This document shows, in pieces, positions 24,876 through 38,199 of a DNA stretch of 64,000 nucleotides; positions within the stretch are counted from its first letter, which is position 1, and the number at the start of each line of letters is the position of its first letter. Source of the stretch: Octopus sinensis (lineage: Eukaryota); the NCBI RefSeq assembly GCF_006345805.1, contig NC_043000.1, positions 136,090,001 to 136,154,000 on the forward strand, written 5' to 3'. The translations under genes and the position numbers were made by a program. The notes beneath the pieces were generated by a model that worked only from the letters and a program-made list of their open reading frames with translations, had not been told where the DNA came from and ran no database searches.

Positions 24876-25011
24876 ATTTTGTTTGTTTTTGTAAAATCTC
24901 AGAAAAAAATTAAAAATTCACATTTTTTATCAAATTATTTTGTTATATTTGTCTATCTATCCAACAGTAAACATTTTGAATATTTCACTAACTTTTTGTT
25001 ATAACTATACT

Positions 25012-25135
25012 CCGGATAGTGCTCAAAAACTAAGGAGTGTTACCTTAGTTCACAGGTAGTGAAGAGCTGACACCTTAGTACATCTTCAGTGTTAGAAGCT
25101 GTGCAAGGACAATAATAATAATAATAATAATAATA
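25012..25135 (+). mobile_element. R4/Dong 3' terminus with (TAA)n tail
   Basis: gtgctcaaaaactaaggagtgttaccttagttcac...agaagctgtgcaa matches 22235-22325. Confidence 0.8.
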
Positions 25136-25954
25136 TTATCGAGCATTGTTGATGTGAGAACTATTACTACCCATGTATTTTAATTTAACTTTATTTCTAT
25201 CAAAGAAAAAAAAAATGAACAAACTAGTGAGTTTAGTTTAATGGCCTACCAATGTATACTATGAGTTTCTTTGCCCTAGGAGTCGGGAAGACACTCGGCA
25301 AGAAATGGAAGCAAATTTGAAAGAAGAAGAAAAAATGATAATAATAATAATAATAATAGTAGCAGTAGTGTTAATGATAACAATTTTTTCTAATTTAGGC
25401 ACATGACCACCAATGTTGAAGGAAATTGGTTTGTCAATACCATTAACCTCAGTTTTGACTCGTATTTCATATTACTGACCAGGAAAACATGAAAAACAAA
25501 GTCAACCCCAAAAGGCCAAAATAAACACTGCAGGGTTCTTTATCTGATGCTCCAATGATTGTGCCTAATGATTTTAAACATTGGTACAAGGTCATGCATT
25601 TACAGAAGAAATACTTATTTTATCAACCATTGTAAAATGTAAAATAAAATTTGGCTGTGACACTATTTTAAGCTTTAGATATCTTTATTAAATTTGAACA
25701 TCTTTGATTAATCTTGAACAATCTTCTAAGCTACACCTAATTCTGGATTAAAGGAAGGAAACTCATGAAGCACTACTAAAACCACACATATGAAAGATAG
25801 CAATAATATTGAATAAATACAAGGATATCTCTGTATATAAATGTATACACACACATGCTTATATAAAAATATATACATACATATGCACATATTCACGTAC
25901 ATACATACATTTATATATTTATATGTATGTATGTATATATAAGTATGTATGTGT

Positions 25955-26040
25955 TTCCCAACCACATGGTTCTGGGGTTAGGCCAACCAAAGCTTGTGAG
26001 TGGATTTGGTAGATGGAAACTGACAGAAGCCTCTCGTATG

Positions 26041-26074
<34 letters not shown>

Positions 26075-26280
26075 CATTTGTGTGTCTGTGTTTGTCCCCC
26101 ACCATCACTGGACAACCAATGCTAGCGTGTTTACGTCCTCATGACTTTGCAGTTTGGCAAAATAGACTGATAGAATAAGTACTAGGCTTACAAAGAATAA
26201 GTCTTGGGGTCGATTTGTTCAACTAAAGGCAGTGCTCAAGCATGGCCATAGTGAAATGACTGATGCAAGTAAAAGAGTAA
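25955..26280 (+). mobile_element. SINE-A, partial
   Basis: caaccacatggttctggggtt...gtgagtggatttggtagatggaaactg...aagtaaaagagtaa. Confidence 0.8.
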
Positions 26281-26827
26281 TATATATATATATTTATAAT
26301 AATAATATTTTATAAGAGTTAAGCTTGTAAAATATTAATTTTATCATTTACAGAATTGTAAAAATTAACACTGCTTACCTAAAACCATCATATATATATA
26401 TATAACAAGTAAACTAGCTTGTTCAGAAAATCTCTATTTGACAAAAGCAACTGTTAAGACTAAAGCACATCCACAGATCAAAGATATATAGGAAAGAGAA
26501 AGAGAAAGAGAGAGAGAGAGAGGCAGTGTATAAAGGGTGATGGGGTGGGTTTTGCATGTGATAATCCTTTCTGTTTAAGAGTGATGTAGGGGTTTGTGGA
26601 GTATCAGAGAAAGGAGAGATGGGAGACAGTGAAGAAGCTGGGGAAAGGACAGTGAGAGAAAGAAAGGCAGAAGGGTAAACATTGGGGAACCTTTTGGTGA
26701 ATGTAGTAAGAGCAATAAGAAATTAGTGACAATAAAGATGCTAGAGGAGAACTTAGATGTACAGCAGCAAAAATATAGCTACTTTCACTGTCTCTCTTCC
26801 ATTACTCCCACTTATACACTCTCATCT

Positions 26828-27216
26828 GTGGAGGTGCAATATCCCAGTGGTTAGGGCAGCGGACTAGCGGTCATAGGATCGGGGTTTTGATTCCCAGACC
26901 GGGCGTTGTGAGTGTTTATCGAGCGAAAACACCTAAAAGCTCCACGAGGCTCCGGCAGTGGATGGTGGTGATCCCTGCTGTACTCTTTCACCACAACTTT
27001 CTCTCACTCTTACTTCCTGTTTCTGTTGTACCTGTATTTCAAGGGGCCGGCCTTGTCACTTTCTGTGTCACGCTGAATATCCCCAAGAACTACGTTAAGG
27101 GTGCACGTGTCTGTGGAGTGCTCAGCCACTTACATGTTAATTTCATGAGCAGGCTGTTCCGTTGATTCTGATCAACCGGAACCCTCATCGTCGTAACCGA
27201 CGGAATGCTTCCATCC
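26828..27216 (+). mobile_element. SINE-C (tail type 1), full-length, 12-bp TSD
   Basis: acactctcatct at 26816-26827 and 27217-27228. Confidence 0.92.
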
Positions 27217-27582
27217 ACACTCTCATCTTAATCCCCCTATGTCTTCAAACACACTCTCACTTCCTTTACTCATCGCCCTGATCTATTTGTTAATGCATTC
27301 TCTCTATTTCTTTAATTCCTCGTTTTGGTTATACTATGCTGAATGAATGGAAGAGCCATAGAGCATTGTGAACTCTTTGACGCTACTGAGTGAGATGTAA
27401 CCTCACTAGAGCTGAGACTATGATGAAATATTCTCGGTAGAGTCTGTAAAGAGGTTATCAAATGCACAGCAACAGCACAGGGTCTGGTCAAGGATATGGA
27501 ATTTGTCTCAGTTGCTGGTGTCACAATAAAATGTACCAAGTACACTCTGTAAAGAGATTGTTAGAAAGGAAACCTAACCATA

Positions 27583-27984
27583 GGCGCAGGAGTGGCTGTG
27601 TGGTAAGTAGCCTGTCTACCAACCACATGGTTCCGGGTTCAGTCCCACTGTGTGGCACCTTGGGCAAGTGTCTTCTACTATAGCCTCGGGCCGACCAAAG
27701 CCTTGTGAGTGGATTTGGTAGACGGAAACTGAAAGAAGCCCGTCGTATATATATATATGTATGCATGCGTGTGTTTGTGTGTCTGTGTTTGTCCCTCTAG
27801 CATTGGTTGACAACCGATGCTGGTGTGTTTACATCCCCGTCACTTAGCGGTTTGGCAAAAAGAGACCGATAGAATAAGTACTGGGCTTACGAAGAATAAG
27901 TCCCGGGGTCGATTTGCTCGACTAAAGGCGGTGCTCCAGCATGGCTGCAGTCAAATGACTGAAACAAGTAAAAGAGAAAGAGAG
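27583..27984 (+). mobile_element. SINE-A, full-length
   Basis: ggcgcaggagtggctgtgtggtaag ... aaatgactgaaacaagtaaaagag. Confidence 0.9.
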
Positions 27985-28155
27985 TATAGATACCAAGCCA
28001 AATGAAAAGTATGAGTGAAATGTGATCTTCCAATTGATTTGAGTGAAATGTGGTCTTCCAACTGACAACTCCCAATAAGAACTGATTTTAGATGGAAGAT
28101 TGTGTGAAGAATAACACAAGTGCACAAGACTATAATAACAGATTTCTAAATACAA

Positions 28156-28839
28156 AGGCGGTGAGCTGGCAGAACCATTAGCACTCCAGGCAAAATGGTT
28201 AGCGGTATTTCGTCTGCCGCTACGTTCCGAGTTCAAATTCCGTTGAGGTCGACTTTGTCTTTCATCCTTTCGGGGTCGATTAAATAAGTACCAGTTATGC
28301 ACTGGGGTCGATATCATCATCGTTTAACGTCCGTTCTCCATGCTAGCATGGGTTGGACGGTTCGACCGGGGATCTGGGAAGCCAGAAGGCTGCACCAGGC
28401 TCCGGTCTTATCTGGTAATGTTTCTACAGCTGGATGCCCTTCCTAACACCAACCACTCCGTGAGTGTAGTGGGTGCTTTTTACGTGCCACCTGCACTGGT
28501 GCCAGGCGAGGCTGGCATTGGCCACGGTCGGATTGGTGCGTTTTACGTGCCACCTGCATGGAAGCCAGTCGAGGCGGCACTGGCTTCGGCCACGATTCGG
28601 ATGGTGCTTTTTACATGCCACCGACACGGAAGCCAGTCGAGGCGGCGCTGGCATCAGCCACGATTCGGATAGTGCTTTTTACGTATCTCCAGTCCAGGGG
28701 TCCTGGCATCTGCTGGGTGCCAGTCATAGGATTGGTTCAATTTCGATTCCGATTTCGATTTCGATATAATCGACTTAATCCGTTTGTCTGTCCTTGTTCA
28801 TTCCCTCTGTGTTTAGCCCCTTGTAGGTAGTAAAGAAAT
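28156..28839 (+). mobile_element. SINE-B with 16-bp TSD, interrupted by SINE-D
   Basis: agatttctaaatacaa at 28140-28155 and 28840-28855. Confidence 0.9.
28315..28760 (-). mobile_element. SINE-D nested in SINE-B (TSD tcgatat)
   Basis: tcgatat at 28308-28314 and 28761-28767; host consensus ggggtcgatataatcgacttaa is seen intact at 2215-2236. Confidence 0.88.
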
Positions 28840-29476
28840 AGATTTCTAAATACAACAGACATAAACAGGAAGGAAGACAGAAGTAGAGCTGTGGCAGGAA
28901 CATGTTTGTGAAGAATTATTCAGTAAATGGGAAAATGATTAAGAAAGTGAAATTTATTTGAAGTAACTTTACATTAAGGAGTGAAATTATAATTTCCTTA
29001 ATTCAGACCGACTCATGGTCCCAGCAGACAAAATAGTAAAGGTGTTGCCTTGGAGGATGGTGAGGAAGATGTGCTGGAACAGCTGTTCTGACTCATTGGG
29101 CCCACACTTGATTTAAACTGTGACTAGCTGTTTAACCCATTTGAGTATGGAAAATAAGTTTAAAATGATAATAGTGGTTATGCTAAAAATGATATGATTA
29201 TGATGATGATAATGGAGATATATCTTAAAGAATACATGAAATAGACTTCAAAAGAGAACTTTAGTGTACTCATATGAATGGCAAAAAAGATAATAAGAAA
29301 AAGTAGGCTATAAATTTAAACTAATATTAAAGACTGAGTCTAATATAAGCAATAAGATGATAAATGTAAACACACTGACTCACCTAGCCATATATTACAG
29401 ATTTATTATTAAAAATTGAAGGCAAAATCAAATTAAAAATACTAGCCATTGAAAGAAAAACCAGAAAGTTACTCAC

Positions 29477-29498
29477 AATATTCTGAATTTACTGTTAT
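29477..29498 (-). CDS. Candidate 22-nt micro-exon (may extend further upstream)
   Basis: cagttctctctatttag|ATAACAGTAAATTCAGAATATT|gtgagt. It ends in phase 2, compatible with the 24309 exon ((D)NSKFRI-L-NDKP). Confidence 0.3.
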
Positions 29499-30048
29499 CT
29501 AAATAGAGAGAACTGACAGCCTTGAAAAGAATTTCTTTTACAACACAAAGTTCTATCCAATTCCTTTTTATATAGGCAGCAAATTTGAACAACTCCTTAT
29601 GTACAATAATACTAACACTTGTCAAACATTGCCAGAATGACAATTTTCCCAAATGCATTAAATGTTTACTAATTCACATTACATTTAAAAGCACTAAAGA
29701 GACATCTATCTATACACCTGCAAGGAAGGGGAAAACATGATATCATGTCCGATACCCAATCTTTCTGCTGCTTTCATGGTTATACAACATTCAAAATATT
29801 AGCTTCTTGTATCTACAATATGATACATATTCAACACTTCTAAAAACAAAATAAAAAGTTGGTTTACATTTGTTGTTGTCACATTCCAAAAAGCTATGTA
29901 TTTAGTTCTTAAATTTGATGGCGATTGTTGTCAGGGGGCAGTCTATCTTAATGATAGAGTACTCAGCCAGTATCCGAGGGGTGGATACCCAATCTTTCTG
30001 CTGTTTTCATGGCTATACTGCATTCAAAATATTACCTTCTTGTCTGTA

Positions 30049-30213
30049 GGCGCAGGAGTGGCTGTGTGGTAAGTAGCTTGCTAACCAACCACATGGTTCC
30101 GGGTTCAGTCCCACTGTGTGGCATCTTGGGCAAGTGTCTTCTGCTATAGCCCCAGGCCGACCAATGCCTTGTGAGTGGATTTGGTAGACGGAAACTGAAA
30201 GAAGCCTGTCGTA

Positions 30214-30260
<47 letters not shown>

Positions 30261-30471
30261 TTGTGTGTCTGTGTTTGTCCCCCTAGCATTGGTTGACAAC
30301 CGATGCTGGTGTGTTTACGTCCCCATCACTTAGCGGTTCGGCAAAAGAGACAGATAGAATAAGTACTGGGCTTACAAAGAATAAGTCCCGGGGTCGATTT
30401 GCTCGACTAAAGGCGGTGCTCCAGCATGGCCGCAGTCAAATGACTGAAACAAGTAAAAGAGTAAAGAGTAA
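30049..30471 (+). mobile_element. SINE-A, full-length
   Basis: Near-consensus copy. Confidence 0.92.
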
Positions 30472-30774
30472 GACATTTGACACAAATTTGACACATTTGA
30501 CACAAAGTTTGTTTAGAAATGGCAGCACACTTGACATGAAAACATTGAGATGTAAGCTCGAGTTCCATTCATACGGAAAACCCACTTTTTTCTGTTGAGG
30601 GCTTATGTGCTCCAATGTTAGGCTATTTTCTTTAGTCAATACACATCAATCATTTATAAGTTTTAAGCTTATAAAATATTATCACTTTCAGACACACACA
30701 CACACACACACATATCATAGTCATAAATTGATGTCCAATTTTCCATGCTTGCGTGGATCAAACAGAATTTTTGA

Positions 30775-31185
30775 GTTCGAATTCTTCTGGAGTTGACTTT
30801 ACCTTTCATCCTTTCGGGGTTGGTAAATTAAGTACCAGTGAAACACTGGGGTTGATGAAATTGACATACTCCCTCCCTACAAATTCCAGGCTTTGTGCCT
30901 ATAGTAGAAAGGATTATATTGAGTATAAGTTAGCATATACAGCTATATCTTTTGAAAGAACTAGAACAAGATAGCAAGCTGGCAGAAAAATTAGCACGCC
31001 AGGCGAAATGCTAATCAGTATTACGTTTCTCTTTACATTCTGAGTTCAAATTCCACTGAGGTCGACTTTGCCATTCATCCTTTCAGGGTTGATAAATTAA
31101 GTACCAGTGAAACTCTGGGGTCGATGTGTCTGACTAGTCCCCTCCTTCCTGCCAAATTCCAGGCCTTGTGCTTTAGTAGAAAAAA
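30775..31185 (+). mobile_element. Two tandem diverged SINE-B copies
   Basis: gagttcgaattc...catcctttcggggttggtaaattaagtacc and gagttcaaattccactgaggtcgactttgcc...gataaattaagtacc. Confidence 0.8.
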
Positions 31186-32004
31186 ATATTTAAGTGAAAA
31201 CTAGCAGATAACAGCTCTCAAGGTAGAAGACATGACAATAGATAACAAAGACCATAGCTTTCAGAGGAGTTGTCTCCTAAGACTGCACATCCAATACTAC
31301 CTGTGTGGATTTTTACATGAATTTAGAAATCAATACTTTAAACAAAATACAACTTCAAAAGAAATTATATATTTCATGGATCTCTATAAAATTTCCATGG
31401 GTACTGCTTGTTATCAATAATAAGACAAACTTTTTAGCTCAAAACTGACACAAAATTATGATACAAAATTATGACACAAAAATATCTCACTAATTTTGAA
31501 AATGCTTCTCTCTATAGCATCCAGCAATTGATGTTCTCCCTAGTTATATAATAGGCATACATATATGAGAAGAAGCGTATTACATAATATAACTTAAAAT
31601 CAGCTATCCATAGCAACCAAATTTAAGAGACAATGTATGCATAGAATTTATAATTCCCAGTTTATCCATTATTAAATCATAAATCTTTTATACATATAAT
31701 TTTCTTGTAAATGTTTAGAAATGAAATAATATTGAACTTTTTTTTACTGCAAAGCAAGAAATATATCTTATCACGAGTAAAACTCATGTTATGTTAACCA
31801 GTATATGGTCATATTACGAATGTAATATGAAGCAAGCAAAATTCCTTTATGCATATGTATACACACTCCAGTGTGTATATACTCATTTACTCCAGTGTGT
31901 ATATACTGGATGCAAGAGATAAAATAGTAAAAGATAAACATCATTCATAATGAATGTATATGAAAGTGTTATGAGTTTTGTATATTTGTACATCTGTGTC
32001 TAAA

Positions 32005-32240
<236 letters not shown>

Positions 32241-32439
32241 TATATGTAGCTAGCTAGTTAGCTATTTATACACACACACACATACACACCTACACATGTA
32301 TACACACACATATGCACACACACGCACACACAGAGGCGCATATATAAAACAAGGGAGTAAACAAAAAAAAAGGGAAAGTTAGATTTAAGATAATTAAAAT
32401 AAGTAACCAATAAGATTAAGCTGAAAGGCTAACCTCTTC

Positions 32440-32464
32440 ATAAATTACTACAACTGCTATTACA

Positions 32465-32515
<51 letters not shown>

Positions 32516-32690
32516 TAAACATATAGTCATACACATCCATGTATACACATACACACATATATGAACATAGACCCATACATATGCATACATTATCAATATA
32601 TGTATGTGAGTATATATGCAATAAGAACTCCTGCATAAAAGGTTCATATACACACACACCAAGTTGTATACATATATTTGAGAGTGTATG

Positions 32691-32729
<39 letters not shown>

Positions 32730-34081
32730 ATGCGCGCGCTGTGTGTGTGTTTGCTGCATGAATGATCATGAAAAAATTGTTTGACTCAAATGTTATATAT
32801 ATATATGTATGTGTGTGTATGTATATATATATAATATATATATAATATATATATACATACATATATATATATACATATATATATACATATATAATATACA
32901 TTATTATATACATATATATATATACATACATATATATATATAGACATACTTATATGTCCAACCCATGCTAGCATGGAAACGGACGTTAAACGATATGATG
33001 ATGATGATGATGATATATATAACATACTATATATATATACATATATATACATACATATATATATATATACATACTTATATATATATACATACATATATAT
33101 ATACAATATAGTATCATACATATATATATACATACATATATATATATATACATACATATATATACATATATATATATATATTATACACATAGATATATTA
33201 TATATACGTATACTGTATATATATATATAATATATATATATATACATAGATATATATATATACTTATATTATATAATACAATATATATATATACATATAC
33301 ATGTATAAATATATATTATATTTATATATATACACACACATACATGACAATTGAGTCAAGCAATTTTTGTATATATATATGTATGTATGTATGCGTGTAT
33401 GCATGTATATGTATATGTATATGTATATATACATACATACACAGATTTGCTGTTTTTTGTGTGCGTATACTTATGTGTATGTGTACATGAGTGCGGTTAT
33501 GTGTTTGTGCATATATGTTGATATCACCACATGACAACATTTTAATCAACTATTCATTGTATTCTGTTCTTGTTTTGCCATTATTTTCCTTCTCTTTCTC
33601 TTCTTCTCTCATCCTTCTCAAGCATGATCTATCTGACATGAGACCAAATGAACAATTTAATTAAAATTGATCTCTTTGCATTCACTATTGATTTTATTCA
33701 ATTTACTTTATTTTAGAACCACTGTCCAAAAATTTATGTTTGTATATACGTATACGTATGTACGCCCCCACATACACACATATATATATGTATATATGTA
33801 CACACACATACACAAAGATATGTATATGAGTACATATATTAGTAATTTATTTATATATATATATTTATATTATGTAAATATATATTATATAAATATATAT
33901 GCTTAATATATATATATATACATACACACACACACACACATATATATATACATATATATACATATATATACATAATATACATATATATGTATATGTATAT
34001 ATGTACTCACAGACACACTCACACGTGCACATATATATGTATATTTACATATATGTATATATATGTGTGTGTGTGTGTGTG

Positions 34082-34138
<57 letters not shown>

Positions 34139-34526
34139 ATATGTATATATATATATTTATATAATATATATGCATGTACATAAGGATAAGCACACATACA
34201 CACACACACACACTATACACACACACACACACACACACAACGCACACACACAATTAACACAAACAGTTACAAATATAAACACTGAACATTTAAAATATCC
34301 TTCGGTCATTATAATGCGGAATCATGTTCCAACAACCCTTTCAAATCATGTTTGTGTGCCTACATAGATAAAAATACAAATATAAACACACACACACACA
34401 CACACACACGCATGTATATACACATATGCAAATAATGTAGGCACTTATAGCCTCAGCAATCATAAACACCTACCACCTCTCAACATACACATACACAGGC
34501 ATACATACATACTTACATATATACGT

Positions 34527-34557
<31 letters not shown>

Positions 34558-34597
34558 CACACATATATATACATATATATATATAATATACACACAC

Positions 34598-34671
<74 letters not shown>

Positions 34672-34695
34672 TACATTATATATATACATATATAA

Positions 34696-34753
<58 letters not shown>

Positions 34754-34815
34754 TATATATAACATATATATATATATATATTATATATATATATACATAT
34801 ATTATTATATATATA

Positions 34816-34853
<38 letters not shown>

Positions 34854-34891
34854 TATCTATATATATTATATATAATATACATATATATATA

Positions 34892-34931
<40 letters not shown>

Positions 34932-34990
34932 TATATACATATGAATGCACACGCACATACATGCATATGCATACACACACACACACAAAC
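32440..34990. repeat. Field of (TA)n/(CA)n/(TG)n microsatellites
   Basis: Direct reading; it explains the H/T/I/Y/V/C-rich ORFs. Confidence 0.9.
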
Positions 34991-35233
34991 AAACATGAGT
35001 ATATGTGTGTTGTATGAGATGGTAGATTTATTTTGCACCTACATGATTCTGGGTAGAATCCCACTGTGAGACCATAGGCAAGTGTCAGTTACTATATGCC
35101 TTGGGTTGAAGAACATCTTGTCACAGCAACTGGTTATATAGGAACAGCTCAGAAGTTTGTTGTAGGTACGCATCTGCATATATATGTTTGTATGAGTGTT
35201 TGTTTGTGTACATGTGTATGTATGTGTGTATAT

Positions 35234-35664
35234 TACTCTTTTACTCTTTTACTTGTTTCAGTCATTTGACTGCGGCCATGCTGAAGCACCACCTTTAGTC
35301 AAGCGAATCAATCCCAGGACTTATTCTTTGTAAGCTAGTACTTATTCTATCGGTCTCTTTTGCAGAACCACTAAGTTACGGGGACGTAAACACACCAGCA
35401 TTGGTTATCAAGTGATGTTGCGGGACAAACACAGATACACAAACATATACACACACATACATATATATATATAATATATATATATTATATATACATATAT
35501 ACAATGGGCTTCTTTCAGTTTCCATCTACCAAATCCACTCACAATGCTTTGGTCAGCCCGAGGCTATAGTAGAAGACACTTGCCAAAGGTTCTACACAGT
35601 GGGACTGAGCCCGGAACCATGTGGTTGGTAAGCAAGCTACTTACCACACACCCACTCCTGCGCC
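35234..35664 (-). mobile_element. SINE-A
   Basis: Same diagnostic blocks. Confidence 0.88.
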
Positions 35665-36105
35665 TATATATGTATTCATATATACATGCATTATGTTTAT
35701 ATATAGTTATACATATGATAATTAACAAAATAAGAGAAGTGAGAGACAAAATTTTTATTCCATCTGTTGACAGCTGTTTTACTATCTTTATCCAGTTATA
35801 TCATTGTTTCATAGTAAGTAAACACCTTACCATGAAACGATGTGATGTGTAATTTGATTTGTTCTGTTAAACACAATTACATATTGATGTATGTCCATCT
35901 ATATGCATATTTATATGTGCAATCAACATTTTAGCATTGCTGAGGTAACAGGATACAAATTAAAAACAAGCAGTCATCAAATTGAATAAACATTTCTTAT
36001 CTCAGTTCTCTTGCTTTGTTAATTGTTATATACTCTCTACTGCTATGATTCCGGGACTTTTAGAATGATTGTGATGTTAAACCTTAGTCTCAACCACTGT
36101 CTTTT

Positions 36106-38162
36106 TACAATACGAGAAATCAAAATAAACAAGAAAAAAACGAGAAAAACAAACGAAAAGGCCTTTTTTCTGGCTTAGACGGGGGATATTCTAGCAGCGC
36201 ATGGGAACACAAATATGTGTCTTTACAGTTTGAAAGCCGCGTCTAAAAGGAAGTAGTTTTTGGCTAGCAGTGACAAAGATGAGGAGGAGTGAGAGAGAGA
36301 GAGGAAGACAAGCGGCTGAGAGAGAGATGAGGAAGAGTGAGAGAGAGAGAGAGAGAGTAGGGAAGGTAAAGCAAAGAGAATTTCGCGTCATAATTATATA
36401 TAAAACAGTACTGGAAGAATAAGAAACAGAACGAAGCGAACGAATCGAATCGAACCCAACGCGAAGGCGCTGCCAGACAATAGTGTGATAAATAAAATAT
36501 ATGCATACATACAAACATATATGTACGTACCTACATCTACATGTATATATACATGCATATATAAATATATATACGTGAGTACAGGACACCACAACTAGAC
36601 GTAGAACTCAACGAGAAACGAAAACGGAAAAACGGTTTTTTTACAACAGAAATACAGAGACGTAGAACTCAACGAGAAACGAAAACGGAAAAACCATTTT
36701 TTTTTTACAACAGAAAAACAGAGAACAGGACATACTACACAAGGAAAAATCCCCTATCATCAGCTGTCACTAGTTCGACTCTAGCGTGTTTCGGAGGCAA
36801 GACAGGACACGACTCGCCAAACTAGTCCTTCCTGCGAGAGAATTAAAATAAAATTACCTCGCAGAGGGGTAAAAACAAGCAAGAAAAAAATGTAACACAA
36901 ACAGGACGTAAAAACGATACGAATAAACTACAAAATAAAATACAAGATGAAAATACATGTACAAGAAAATACAATACGAGAAATAAAAAGAAAATACAAT
37001 ACGAGAAATCAAAATAAACAAGAAAAAAAATGAGAAATACAAACGAAAAGGCCTTTTTTCTGGCTTAGACGGGGGATATTCTAGCAGCGCAAGGGAACAC
37101 AAATTATGTGTCTTTACAGTTTGAAAGCCGCGTGTAAAAGGAAGTAGTTTTTGGCTAGCAGTAACAAAGATGAGGAGGAGTGAGAGAGAAGCCAGAAAAA
37201 AAGGCCTTTTCGTTTGTTTTTCTCGTTTTTTTCTTGTTTATTTTGATTTCTCGTATTGTATTTTCTTTTTATTTCTCGTATTGTATTTTCTTGTATATGT
37301 ATTTTCATCTTGTATTTTATTTTGTAGTTTATTTGTATCGTTTTTACGTCCTGTTTGTGTTACATTTTTTTCTTGCTTGTTTTTACCCCTCTGTGAGGTA
37401 ATTTATTTTAATTCTCTTGCAGGAAGGATAGTTTGGCGAGTCGTGTCCTGTCTTGCCTCCGAAACACGCTAGAGTCGAACTAGTGACGCTTGATAGGGGA
37501 TTTTTCTTGTGTAGTATGTCTGTACTCTGTTTTTTCTGTTGTAAAAAAAAATGGTTTTTCCGTTTTCGTTTCTCGTGAGTCTACGTCTTGATTCTCTGTT
37601 GTAAAAAAATGGTTTTTCCGTTTTCGTTTCTCGTTGAGTTCTACGTCTAGTTGTGGTGTCCTGTACTCACGTATATATATTTATGTGGAGGCGCAATGGC
37701 CCAGTGGTTAGGGCAGCGGACTCGCGGTCATAGGATCGGGGTTTCGATTCCCAGACCGGGCGTTGTGAGTGTTTATTGAGCGAAAACACCTAAAAGCTCC
37801 ACGAGGCTCCGGCAGTGGATGGTGGTGATCCCTGCTGTACTCTTTCACCACAACTTTCTCTCGCTCTTTCTTCCTGTTTCTGTTGTACCTGTATTTCAAG
37901 GGGCCGGCCTTGTCATTTTCTGTGTCACGTTGAATATCCCCAAGAGCTACATTAAGGGTGCACGTGTCTGTGGAGTGCTCAGTCACTTACACGTTAATTT
38001 CACGAGCAGGCTGTTCCATTGATTCAGATCAACCGGAACCCTCGTCGTCGTAACCGACGGAGTGCTTCCATCCATATATATTTATATATATGCATGTATA
38101 TATACATGTAGATGTAGGTACGTACATATATGTTTGTATGTATGCATATATTTTATTTATTA

Positions 38163-38168
<6 letters not shown>
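36106..38168. repeat. Composite tandem + inverted repeat element (~590-bp arms)
   Basis: Left arm 36480-37066, spacer 37067-37188, right arm 37189-37684 plus 38086-38168. In addition, 36106-36298 directly repeats 36995-37188. Confidence 0.9.
37685..38073 (+). mobile_element. SINE-C (tail type 1) inserted in the palindrome arm, 12-bp TSD
   Basis: atatatatttat at 37673-37684 and 38074-38085; the left arm gives the empty site. Confidence 0.92.
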
Positions 38169-38194
<26 letters not shown>

Positions 38195-38199
38195 AATTA

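Noticed and set aside
26828-26900. tRNA-like sequences at SINE heads
   Set aside because: They have A/B boxes but no complete cloverleaf or acceptor stem, and they continue into SINE bodies with TSDs.
36755-36835. GAAAC and CUGAUGA on the minus strand of the palindrome arm as a type II hammerhead
   Set aside because: Stems I and II cannot pair adjacent to the core.
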